Shown here: piece by piece, positions 45,089 to 53,586 of the stretch
How the letters are laid out: each line of letters begins with the position of its first letter
Numbering within the stretch: the first letter of the stretch is position 1
Source: Nitrososphaeria archaeon
GTDB taxonomy: Archaea; Thermoproteota; Nitrososphaeria_A; Caldarchaeales; JAVZCJ01
NCBI GenBank assembly: GCA_041862235.1
Contig: JBGVSY010000120.1
Location: forward strand, 1 to 62,361
DNA: 62,361 nt
Direction: 5' to 3'
Notes under the pieces: model-generated
The model's input: the letters and a program-made list of their open reading frames with translations, nothing else
What the model was told of the DNA's origin: nothing
Database searches by the model: none
Made by a program: the position numbers and the translations under genes

Positions 45089-45256
45089 ACTGAGTTAACC
45101 GGTTCAGCCAGGCCCTAAAAGGAGTTTCCGGGGCTGACAGTTCTAGAAAATCTGAAGGTTGGGTGATGGAAGAACGTTGATATCTGTGTCAGACGCCAGA
45201 TTGAACGACACACGCATGCGGCTCTTACGGAAAAACATAGACCGAAGCCAAGCCGT

Positions 45257-45472
45257 CTATCTCTCACGCGCCAGCAGATAGACAGATACCAAGATTATGG
45301 CTATGTTAGCCACAGCAGCCCAGACTTCCGCAGGGACACCCAGAATCCCTCGGGGCAATTCGCGCGAGACCGTGAGGCTCAAAGGTTGGACAACAAATGA
45401 TGATGCCAACACCGCAAGAGTCAGCGACGCCACTGTCAAAGATAGCAGAGGAATGGCGACCCTTGTCCTCAT
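45257..45472 (-). CDS. hypothetical small membrane protein (2 TM)
   Basis: It encodes 71 aa with two hydrophobic helices. There is no other support. Confidence 0.3.
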   Translation of the reverse strand: MRTRVAIPLLSLTVASLTLAVLASSFVVQPLSLTVSRELPRGILGVPAEVWAAVANIAIILVSVYLLARER

Positions 45473-45621
45473 GTGTGACCTGGGCTGCCGCGAACAACGA
45501 GCCGCATAAAAGCTTTTTCATCTCGCTGCATTGCGATCCGATTCAAGCCAAAAGAGAGGCGTTACAGTCTGTATCTACCCACCTTGGGGAGATTCTCTTG
45601 GAATTGGCCTGGAAACAGAAG

Positions 45622-46074
45622 TTATCGCGTCCTTTTCGTGGAGCTCGCATGACCTGGCTTGCACACTTTGCAGTCACGCAGAGAGATCGAAGGCTCCATC
45701 TCCTTGTGAAGTCGGCAAATCAACCCCCTTTCTCTAGCTGCGCTGCAGGCTACGCAGAAGCTGTTCATCAAGTCGGGTGCGGACCTGTCACCACTCACAA
45801 GCGCCGCCGCTATCTCCTCAACTGCTTGGCGAATCTCCCCAACCCTCTCAATGTTCACGGCCGCGCCGCGCAACTCGCGGGTGTAGTAGCTAACGGCTGC
45901 CTGTGTCACGTTCAGCAACTCAGCTATTCCGCTTTGTTTCATTGCATATCGATCCGCCAGCTCCCTTGCAATAGACGCTCTCATGGCTGGAACGAGAGAC
46001 CTAACAGCAACCTCACACGGGAGTCTCAAACCTTGTGCCCCCTGAGTTTCTCCCCGAGGAAAACCAGAAGACAT
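45622..46074 (-). CDS. HTH transcription regulator with C-terminal Cys cluster (COG2522-like)
   Basis: LPCE...PAMRASIARELADRYAMKQSGIAELLNVTQAAVSYYTRELRG is an XRE-type HTH. The C-terminus has CVAC...C...CKVC. The start is uncertain: a TTTATAT box overlaps ATG 46074, which may favour TTG 46029, and the ORF is open to 46137. Confidence 0.6.
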   Translation of the reverse strand: MSSGFPRGETQGAQGLRLPCEVAVRSLVPAMRASIARELADRYAMKQSGIAELLNVTQAAVSYYTRELRGAAVNIERVGEIRQAVEEIAAALVSGDRSAPDLMNSFCVACSAARERGLICRLHKEMEPSISLRDCKVCKPGHASSTKRTR

Positions 46075-46183
46075 ATAAAGATGACGTATGTTATCGGGTG
46101 CTCCGATCACCCCCAGCCACTCGATCGATGGAACCACCCAAACTGGCTCTTCCTCGTTTGCCCCTCCTTTTCAAGCATCTTAA

Positions 46184-46522
46184 TCACATGATCATGCGTG
46201 TTTCCGCCTTCCAAATCCTGGCGAGACTGTCTTCGGAACTTGGGGCTGAACTTCTACTGGCATCCATGAGCAGATGCTCCGACTCTTCCAGCAAACGAAC
46301 TGAGGGGATGCCTTTGCCGATTTCCTCCTCAACATCCCACCGTTTCTCTTCGTCGGAGATCGAAAGGACGAAGAGGGCGAACTCCGCCTTGCTGTACGCT
46401 CGCCAAAGCTCTAGATCAAGGCCCTCATCTGCCCTCTGGTCCCTTAGATCCGCAAAAACCTTTCCTAGGTGATCTATGGATTCCTCGAAGTATCGCCGTG
46501 CCTTGTCTTCAAGGGCCAGCAA
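46184..46522 (-). CDS. hypothetical helical protein (112 aa)
   Basis: It has protein-like charged helical composition. I recognise no family. Confidence 0.35.
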   Translation of the reverse strand: MLALEDKARRYFEESIDHLGKVFADLRDQRADEGLDLELWRAYSKAEFALFVLSISDEEKRWDVEEEIGKGIPSVRLLEESEHLLMDASRSSAPSSEDSLARIWKAETRMIM

Positions 46523-46665
46523 GTTCGCCTGCTGATAGGTCGACGTCGCAGCTAGGAACCCCCATAAGTGTGCCGTGCTTGCGACATCGAAACCTCAGAA
46601 GCCAGTTTGTCCAGAACGCTTATCTAACCGATCCATGGGGCAGCACTTCGGGGTTCGATGGCTTC

Positions 46666-46917
46666 TTGAGCAGAGCGACAGTTTTCGGAGCCTTCGTCGT
46701 TCTCGGAAGCATAGCCTTTGCGATCTTCTATGTCGCGTGGTTCTTTGGCTTGATACCGGCGCTTTCACCCGATCTCTCCGTGAGGATTCCTATCCTCGTT
46801 ATCGTTCTTGTGCTTTGTTTTATAGCGGCTTGGCTTGGCTGGATAATGCTGACGAGTGGGTTGCAGCCTCCTCTTGGTCCGTCCAATAACACGAAACAGA
46901 GGGCCTCGATCGATTGA
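46666..46917 (+). CDS. hypothetical small membrane protein (2-3 TM)
   Basis: The hydrophobic C-terminal two thirds of ORF 46498..46917 support it. The start is placed at in-frame TTG 46666 because the upstream part is Pro/Ser/Arg-rich and overlaps the divergent gene. Confidence 0.3.
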   Translation: MSRATVFGAFVVLGSIAFAIFYVAWFFGLIPALSPDLSVRIPILVIVLVLCFIAAWLGWIMLTSGLQPPLGPSNNTKQRASID

Positions 46918-46964
46918 TGGGTGACTGCCAAGACCCATTTCTGACACTCGATCGATTGCGTTTG

Positions 46965-48461
46965 CTAAGAGGCTGCAGCAACCATTTCTCTGCGACTGCG
47001 GGCCTTGACGCTTCCACCAGCAAAGAAGAGCCTAGTTTCTCCCATAGTCATGGCGTTCAGCCCGCGCACATTCACTACCAGCGGAAGGTCGCCCACAAGG
47101 TGACCCAGAGCCAGGCAGTGCCTAGGGGGCAGCGCCGTGGCAATCCTCTTCACGCTTTCGGAGTCGGCTCGTGATGCCTTCGAAATTGCCTCCAGATCCA
47201 ATTCGTTGGTGAAGTTGAAGAGTAGTATGTTGTCCGCCTGTCTGTAGACCGTTTGAGGTATCGTGTCCGGCTGGTTGGTGACGAAGATGGGAAAGAGCCC
47301 GAGGTGCCTCATTCTCGTCACTAGATCGTCCCAGTACGTGTTTTTCAGGTAGAGATGAGCTTCTTCTGCCACAAGGAAAAGAGGCGGGACCAGAGACTTT
47401 CCGAGGAAACCTCCTACTTGGCTCAGAACGCATTCGACTACCATCCTCCTTGTCGACGCGAACAGATTTCTCATGTTCAACACCAGGAGTAGGCCGCCCT
47501 TGGAGCAATTGATTACTCGGTCGAGATGAGTGGCTTTGGTGGCTTGTTGAGTGAAGAAACCGGTCGATTCAAGAGCCGAGATCCTGGAGGAGAGTGCTTC
47601 TCTCACCGAGTCGTGAATCCCGGTATTCTCCAAAGCCACCTCGATGGATTCAAAGTTGATGGGAATTCCTGCATGTCTTAGGTGCCTCCAGATTCTGGCA
47701 AACTCTCTGCAGCTCGTTGTCGGGGTATCATAGATATGTGCAAGTATATCCAGCATGACCCCCAGCCCGGCTTCCTCCATCGTTATCCTGAAGCTTACCC
47801 CCGGTTTCAAGACTATCGTTCTACCATAGATGTTGTTCGGAGCTCCTTCCTTGGATCGTCCTAGGTTCGCATACTCGCCGTTCACGTCAAATACCAAGAC
47901 CGCGGCGCCATGTTCGACTAGAGATGTACAGATGAGCTTGGCGGCATGGGATTTCCCAGTTTCCTTCTTTCCGGTTATTATCGTCAGTCTGCCGTCGAGA
48001 GAATCGGCGTCAAAGGAGAAGGCCTCTCCCCCCACTTCGCCCAGACTGATAGGATGGTTGTTCGTCAGGCGGACGAATTCCTTCAGTAGCCCCGCGCCGA
48101 CTTTCCCTATCTTGCCGCGGAACCTAGATGGTAGCCAGGAGCTGCCGTGTGCAACCTTTCCGTTTTCTACTATTGCTCGGATCTTTGCTGAAATGACGCG
48201 GGCATCCTTTATGAGAAGAGTGAAGGAGCTGATATTCAAGGTGTCTGCCCTTGTCTCAACTTCGACCTTCTCAGTGGACATCGTTCTGAGCAAATCTTCG
48301 AGCATGCCAGGAGTGTTCGCGTACCCGACATCGATGACTTGAAGGAGAGCCTTTCTTCCCTGGCCGCCCTCCGCTACGAGATAGTCTCCTTTCCGCATCT
48401 CCACGTCCGATGGAAAGGCGAGAAGCTGAAGGACATCCCCATCCTTCTTCAGGATCTTCAT
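46965..48461 (-). CDS. HerA-like (DUF87/FtsK-HerA superfamily) ATPase
   Basis: It has an N-terminal HAS-barrel-like domain (GDYLVAEGG..ALLQVIDV), Walker A (ITGKKETGKSHAAK) and Walker B (LFLVAEEAHLY). Confidence 0.7.
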   Translation of the reverse strand: MKILKKDGDVLQLLAFPSDVEMRKGDYLVAEGGQGRKALLQVIDVGYANTPGMLEDLLRTMSTEKVEVETRADTLNISSFTLLIKDARVISAKIRAIVENGKVAHGSSWLPSRFRGKIGKVGAGLLKEFVRLTNNHPISLGEVGGEAFSFDADSLDGRLTIITGKKETGKSHAAKLICTSLVEHGAAVLVFDVNGEYANLGRSKEGAPNNIYGRTIVLKPGVSFRITMEEAGLGVMLDILAHIYDTPTTSCREFARIWRHLRHAGIPINFESIEVALENTGIHDSVREALSSRISALESTGFFTQQATKATHLDRVINCSKGGLLLVLNMRNLFASTRRMVVECVLSQVGGFLGKSLVPPLFLVAEEAHLYLKNTYWDDLVTRMRHLGLFPIFVTNQPDTIPQTVYRQADNILLFNFTNELDLEAISKASRADSESVKRIATALPPRHCLALGHLVGDLPLVVNVRGLNAMTMGETRLFFAGGSVKARSRREMVAAAS

Positions 48462-48466
48462 TCGTG

Positions 48467-49510
48467 TCAGCTCCGATCAAAGGGGAGGAAGAGTGACTGT
48501 CTTATGTTGGTGTCCTCTGTGACTGTTATTTCCATCTGCTCAGTCAGAAAACGCTGAAGCCCAATCACGTCGACTTTATTGAAAGTGCATAGGACGTGTG
48601 CGTAGACAAGCGTCTCGGGGTAGCCGTATATCAATGCGTCATTTGAAAGAAGGGATCCGACCGCGTCTGTATCGCTCCTTTCGGGCCCAGAGTTCACGTC
48701 CACCCTGTAGGAGTAGAAGAGCGGTGATAGATGGGCAACATAGATCCGTCCCAGACAACGAAACCTGGCATGCTGCGAAATCAGGCGGCCAACTCTAAGC
48801 AGGTACGGAACAGGGTGACCGTCTCTCAGTTCAGTGATTCTGACACCGAGGATTCTCAGTCGCGTCATCTTTGAGAAGGCTATGATGCTATTCCCGTTTG
48901 TGGCCGATGCGAGGACAATGTGCTCCATGACCCGGGTCGGGCTGTCCACCGTGCCCGCCATCAGCGATCCGTCAAAGAGAAGTATCGAATCCCTCAAGCG
49001 TGTCGCAGCGCTCACTTGCATCCAACGGTCAAAGAGGTTGCAGATCCTCTTTGGCATGCTGTCGAGTTGTGGTGACTCGACGGGCGTCTCCTCGCCGAGA
49101 AGCCTGGATCTAAGGGATGCATACATGAAGTCCTTGTTTTGCTCGGTGACATACAAAAGGAAGGGCCCCAGAACGTCAGCGGAGACACGATCCCCTCTTC
49201 TTCTTACGAGCGATCCTCTAAGGGCGATCACAATGCCTTTGGCATCCTCTGCGATCCTGATCGAAGACACGTCCACGGAGGCCACATCGCGTCCTATTCC
49301 AGTCGGCTCCACCGGTATCGCTGTCAGACAATCGTCACTCAGCCTAACATAGCCAGTATCAGTCTCATCTTGATCATCATATCCGTTGGTTCCACGGAGC
49401 ACATCGTTCAAGAACACCGATCTCTTATCCATCGTGTTGAGGCTGGCCAAGCCGACCTCCGAAAACGCTTTAAGCTCAGTCTCAGCGCCTTCTAGAGGCC
49501 GAGAAGCCAT
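48467..49510 (-). CDS. NurA-like nuclease
   Basis: It has an early acidic motif (VASVDVSSIRI) and the NurA-typical ILLFDGSL motif. Its stop is 5 nt before the HerA-like start. The start is ATG 49510 (GTG 49549 is also possible), and the long N-terminal part of the ORF looks non-coding. Confidence 0.55.
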   Translation of the reverse strand: MASRPLEGAETELKAFSEVGLASLNTMDKRSVFLNDVLRGTNGYDDQDETDTGYVRLSDDCLTAIPVEPTGIGRDVASVDVSSIRIAEDAKGIVIALRGSLVRRRGDRVSADVLGPFLLYVTEQNKDFMYASLRSRLLGEETPVESPQLDSMPKRICNLFDRWMQVSAATRLRDSILLFDGSLMAGTVDSPTRVMEHIVLASATNGNSIIAFSKMTRLRILGVRITELRDGHPVPYLLRVGRLISQHARFRCLGRIYVAHLSPLFYSYRVDVNSGPERSDTDAVGSLLSNDALIYGYPETLVYAHVLCTFNKVDVIGLQRFLTEQMEITVTEDTNIRQSLFLPFDRS

Positions 49511-49584
49511 GAATTCGGCTCCTTCTTCATCGACGAGGGAAAGATGCACCCTGCCTTCGCCCTGTGGGGTGTCCCGAGGTGTGC

Positions 49585-49624
49585 TTATAAATGTTGCGCA
49601 ACTTGAAAAGCAACAACTTGCGCA
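49585..49624 (+). promoter_or_regulatory. TATA box plus imperfect inverted repeat (candidate operator) upstream of wHTH gene A
   Basis: TTATAAAT (49585-49592) is followed by TGCGCAACTTG (49595-49605), 8 nt, and CAACTTGCGCA (49614-49624). The arms are complementary at 10 of 11 positions. A G-rich SD-like run precedes ATG 49643. Confidence 0.4.
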
Positions 49625-49642
49625 GCTAGGGGGGGCGCCGAT

Positions 49643-50113
49643 ATGAGTGGATCTGACAGGGTTAGGGTGAGGGTCAAGGTTGGATCTGCTGAAGTTGAGA
49701 TTGAATGCGACCGATCGGTCGTGGAGCAGACAGTGAAGCAGGTTGTGTCCGCGCTGCAGAGCTCGATGCCGTCCCGCCTGGAACAGCCCAGTACAACCCA
49801 AACCCCCTTAAGGACGTCAAAACGTGGGCTCACTTGCCGAGATGTCGTGGCTGCGCTCTACGACGAAGGCTGGTTCTCGGAATCCCGCTCACTGGGACAG
49901 GTAAGCGCGGAGTTGTCTAGGAGGGGCTACAACTACGACTCAACGGCCGTCGCCCACGTGTTGCTCGACCTTGTGCGGCAGAACATCTTGACACGCACTG
50001 GGACGTCTAGAAGGTACCGCTATGTTCAAAGGACACCTCCAGAGGGGTCCGAGACTCTCGCCAGCCCGCGTCAATCTCTTGATCGATCATCTGCCCAGAT
50101 CGACTTCACTTAG
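49643..50113 (+). CDS. small wHTH protein, type-1 paralogue A
   Basis: The N-terminal strand pair is MSGSDRVRVRVKVGSAEVEIE. The C-terminus is wHTH-like (GWFSESRSLGQVSAELSRRGYNYD...LTRTGTSRRYRYVQR). It is a paralogue of 51146..51592. Confidence 0.6.
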   Translation: MSGSDRVRVRVKVGSAEVEIECDRSVVEQTVKQVVSALQSSMPSRLEQPSTTQTPLRTSKRGLTCRDVVAALYDEGWFSESRSLGQVSAELSRRGYNYDSTAVAHVLLDLVRQNILTRTGTSRRYRYVQRTPPEGSETLASPRQSLDRSSAQIDFT

Positions 50114-50603
50114 TCTCGGGTTGCATTCGTTCGGAGATCTTTCTCACTCCGACCAAAGTGGCCACATAGCTACCCCTACCTACCCTTCTCACCCACCCGC
50201 GTTTGATAAGCTCCGTGAGACGACTTGAGATAGACTTCTCGGGATGGGTCAGAGTGTTCTTGATATCTGCAACGGCCACGGAGGGCGACTCGCGCATGCC
50301 AAGGGAATGTTCGAGATAACACTTCAGAAGGTACAGCATTACAACGTCGGACATCGGGAAGGATGAGATTGTGTTTATGAAGATCATGCCTTGGTCTGGG
50401 ACGTAGGCTAGCACGTTCTTCACGTCGGACAGGATCTTCTGGAGGTCAAGGGAATAGGACACCTTGGACGCGAGCGAGAAGGCGGGGATTGCTTTCTCGA
50501 GATATGATATCACGGCTCGATAAACCTGGTCAGGACGTCCCTTGAAGCTGGTTTCAACTCCCTTGTATATGATGTTCACGTGAAGCGCGTCATCTTCCGC
50601 CAT
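50106..50603 (-). CDS. small wHTH protein, type-2 paralogue B
   Basis: The N-terminus is HVNIIYKGVETSFKG and the C-terminus is SISSRLTELIKRGWVRRVGRGSYV. The ATG is preceded by GGAGGGAGGGTG. It is a paralogue of 50641..51156. Confidence 0.6.
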   Translation of the reverse strand: MAEDDALHVNIIYKGVETSFKGRPDQVYRAVISYLEKAIPAFSLASKVSYSLDLQKILSDVKNVLAYVPDQGMIFINTISSFPMSDVVMLYLLKCYLEHSLGMRESPSVAVADIKNTLTHPEKSISSRLTELIKRGWVRRVGRGSYVATLVGVRKISERMQPETK

Positions 50604-50640
50604 CCTTAAGCACCCTCCCTCCAAGGACTACGTGGTGGAT

Positions 50641-51156
50641 CTAGGTTCCGGAATGATTCTTGGAAGGCGGTCGTTGCTTCCTGACCAGGGCCTCTCCTAA
50701 GGGTGAGAATCTGTATCTGCCTTCAGATAACCTCACCACCAGTCCAGCTCTCTTCATCTCGCTTAGCCGCGCACGAGCAACCCTTTCGGCGATTCCGGCG
50801 GATTGGGCTATCTGCTGAGGCGTAGCCGTGTCGCTGGGAACTTTACCCATTATCTTCCCAACGTACAGGCCTGCAAGAGCTAACAGGATCTTGGTCTTGG
50901 CGTCTGTTTTCTCGAGAACCAGTACTTGATTCTCGGCTACCTGGACCCTGTCGGCGATGCTCTCGGATAGCTCCGCCACATCGATTGTCTTAGACAGCTT
51001 CTGAGCCGCTGGAAGGGCAGGGAAGATCTTTGAGAGGTATCTGTTCAAGCTGGACCAAACCTCGAGGTATCTGCCCTTGAACTCGATGCGCGTTCCGTTG
51101 TGCTCAACCAATATGGTCAGCTCAGGTTCCTCTCGGGTCACGGGTTCACCTCTCAA
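50641..51156 (-). CDS. small wHTH protein, type-2 paralogue C
   Basis: The N-terminus is LTILVEHNGTRIEFKG and the C-terminus is VARARLSEMKRAGLVVRLSEGRYRF. The start (TTG 51156 or GTG 51141) overlaps or abuts the upstream stop. Confidence 0.6.
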   Translation of the reverse strand: MRGEPVTREEPELTILVEHNGTRIEFKGRYLEVWSSLNRYLSKIFPALPAAQKLSKTIDVAELSESIADRVQVAENQVLVLEKTDAKTKILLALAGLYVGKIMGKVPSDTATPQQIAQSAGIAERVARARLSEMKRAGLVVRLSEGRYRFSPLGEALVRKQRPPSKNHSGT

Positions 51157-51592
51157 CGTATCTGTAGTGACGGCGTGTACCGACTCGGCGCATATCCCCT
51201 TTTCTTATGAGCATGCGCAGTGCCTTGTCCACCGGCTTCGTGTTGTATGGGAATCCTTCTCTGGCCAGCGCTTCCACGGTCTCATTGAGGCTTCTCTCCT
51301 TGGAGAAGAACCCTGTGCTGAGGAGGTACCTGACTCTTCCGGTGGCGGTTTTGGGGAATTCTTCGATCGATGAAGGTTTCGCAGGAAACCCAATCTGTGG
51401 TGATCTGGGCTGTACCAACAGGGAACCTGGACCACTTGGCGCCGCGTTGACTTCGGGCACGTTCTCAGCCACCTTGTTTGCAAAGTCCAGAAGCTTGTTC
51501 ATCAACTCGAAGGCCTCTTTCGGACTCGGCGCCGACGCCTCTAGCTCGACGCTTCCCTTTTTCACCTTGAGGCGATACGGGACGCCTGACAT
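51146..51592 (-). CDS. small wHTH protein, type-1 paralogue D
   Basis: The N-terminus is MSGVPYRLKVKKGSVELEAS and the C-terminus is GFFSKERSLNETVEALAREGFPYN...MRRVGTRRHYRYVER. Confidence 0.6.
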   Translation of the reverse strand: MSGVPYRLKVKKGSVELEASAPSPKEAFELMNKLLDFANKVAENVPEVNAAPSGPGSLLVQPRSPQIGFPAKPSSIEEFPKTATGRVRYLLSTGFFSKERSLNETVEALAREGFPYNTKPVDKALRMLIRKGDMRRVGTRRHYRYVER

Positions 51593-51615
51593 GGGTGAAA
51601 AGGGTGAAAAGAAGT

Positions 51616-53586
51616 CTAATAAGCTTTTTTGTGCTGTCCAGGGGCTTTCGACGTCTTCAATTCTTTCATTTTCTCCTGTATCTTTCTCCTCAGGGTTTCA
51701 TGAACGATCTTGCCGTCGATTTTGCCTCTGAATTGCTTCATCAGTTCCCCCATCAACCTGCCCTCGATCCGCTCTGGTTGTGAAGCCAGTTCCTCTACGT
51801 GAGACTCGACGAGCACGCGCGCCTGCTCATCGAGCTCGTCAATGGGAGGAGGAGCAAGCCCGAGTTCTCTCACTCCTTCCACCGGCTCCTTTCCGAGGTG
51901 TTGAGCCATCCACCGAATCAGCTCCGGAGCTGCTTCCTTCGCCATCTTGCCTTCAGCGATGAGCTGAAACATCTTTTCCAATTGCGAATCAGGAACGGCC
52001 GAGGTGTCTACTCCCTCCCGGTCCACCGTTACCATATGTTCTGTAAGAGCAGAAGCTACGAACCCCCTGGGTAGACGAGTTCGAGCCACAATGCGTTCAA
52101 AAATCTCTAGCCGCTCAAGATCCACAAGCTGCTCGGCAAGTTGAGGGCTCAAGCCATAGGTCTCCACCATCCGCTTTGTTCTTTCTTCGAGGGACTCAGG
52201 AATGCCGGCTCGAATCTGGTCCAGGAGTTCACTTGAAACCGGGACTGGAGGTATGTCCGTTTCGGGGTACATCCTGGCAGAGCCGGGCCGGGGTCGAGAG
52301 TACAAGGTGCTACCGTCGGCTCTGGGAGCCCTGGTCTCCTCAGGAACACCTTCCAGCGCCTCCTTCGCTCTAGCCAAGACAACTTCCAATGCATCCCTCG
52401 CTTTTTCATACTCCTCCGCCACAAAGACCGCGCAATCCTCGACGCGTGCGTCCAACCTTTTTTTCATCTCCTCGACCTCGGCTTCCGTGATACCATACGC
52501 AGGCATCTCGTCCGTATGGAAGATGCCGGCGACCTCCGACCAGGCTTGAGCCCTACGGTTGAGCTCCGCACCTAACCTTATGTTCTGGGCGGGACTCAGC
52601 CCGACGAGCCCACCGAAACCCCTGAGCTTCACTGCTAGAAGCCTCGCCCCGGCCTCGAGAGCCCGCCTTACGACTTTGCAGCGCGTCTCGTTGAAGATGT
52701 CCGTCGCATCGATGAAATCCGGCTTCAGATCCTGCTTGCTGACCCCCCGGAATTGAAGTTCATCTCTAACCCGTAGGAGATGCAGCTGCCTCTTCACTTC
52801 ATTCTCTACCACGGAGGAAACGCCTTCCAACGTCTGCACACCCTTGATCTCTACGAGGGCCCCTCCTGAGATGGAGATGTTAACGTCCTGCCTTATGGCT
52901 CCCAGCCCACGTTTCACCTTTCCCGTGGCCCTAAGAGTCCTGCCGATGGCCAGCGCGACGCGGGCGGCTTCTTCGGGAGATCTAATAGAGGGCCCCGTTG
53001 CCACCTCGACCAGGGGGATCCCCAGCCGCCCCAGATCGTAGTGAACCTCGCCCCTGCCCGTCTCGATCAGCCTCGCAGCGTCTTCTTCCAAGGACACCGA
53101 CTGGATCGGAACTTTCTTTCCATCGACTACGATGTGTCCGCCGAGTGCGAGAGTACAAGTTCTCTGGAAGCCCGTTGTGTTCGATCCGTCCACCACTATC
53201 TTTCGCATCACATGGATCTCGTCTACAGGCCGAGAGTTGAGCATCAGGGTGGCTGTTAGGCCGACGACGACAGCCTCCCTGTTGAGAGGATGCGGAGGCT
53301 CTTCATCCATCTCCACGAGGCAAACACTGCCGGTATTGGCGCGATAGTGCACCATCCGCTTTCTTCTAGTCTCAAAAGCAGCGGCAGGATCCACCTGCCC
53401 CAGCTCGCTGGGCGTCGCTCTAAGAAGCCTGACAAACTTGAAATCAGTTCCGGACTTCTGCTCAGTCGGACAGGCACAGAACATCTTGGATTCGGTATCG
53501 AGCTGCCTGTGAACCTCGATGCCGACCTTTAGGCCTACCTGGGTATAATCCATTCTCTCGAGCTCTTTCTGGGTCATCGTTCTCAC
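51616..53586 (-). CDS. gatE: glutamyl-tRNA(Gln) amidotransferase subunit E
   Basis: Motifs are VGLKVGIEVHRQLDT...MFCACP, the GatB/E core (LEEDAARL, VNISISGGALVEIKG) and a C-terminal YqeY-like tail. The GTG start overlaps the gatD stop (GTGA). Confidence 0.9.
   Translation of the reverse strand: MRTMTQKELERMDYTQVGLKVGIEVHRQLDTESKMFCACPTEQKSGTDFKFVRLLRATPSELGQVDPAAAFETRRKRMVHYRANTGSVCLVEMDEEPPHPLNREAVVVGLTATLMLNSRPVDEIHVMRKIVVDGSNTTGFQRTCTLALGGHIVVDGKKVPIQSVSLEEDAARLIETGRGEVHYDLGRLGIPLVEVATGPSIRSPEEAARVALAIGRTLRATGKVKRGLGAIRQDVNISISGGALVEIKGVQTLEGVSSVVENEVKRQLHLLRVRDELQFRGVSKQDLKPDFIDATDIFNETRCKVVRRALEAGARLLAVKLRGFGGLVGLSPAQNIRLGAELNRRAQAWSEVAGIFHTDEMPAYGITEAEVEEMKKRLDARVEDCAVFVAEEYEKARDALEVVLARAKEALEGVPEETRAPRADGSTLYSRPRPGSARMYPETDIPPVPVSSELLDQIRAGIPESLEERTKRMVETYGLSPQLAEQLVDLERLEIFERIVARTRLPRGFVASALTEHMVTVDREGVDTSAVPDSQLEKMFQLIAEGKMAKEAAPELIRWMAQHLGKEPVEGVRELGLAPPPIDELDEQARVLVESHVEELASQPERIEGRLMGELMKQFRGKIDGKIVHETLRRKIQEKMKELKTSKAPGQHKKAY

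Noticed and set aside
45397-46191. A 264-aa plus-strand ORF spans the small membrane ORF and the HTH regulator.
   Set aside because: It is antisense to a regulator with a clear HTH and Cys cluster. Its composition is Cys/His/Arg/Pro/Ser-rich, and I recognise no domain.
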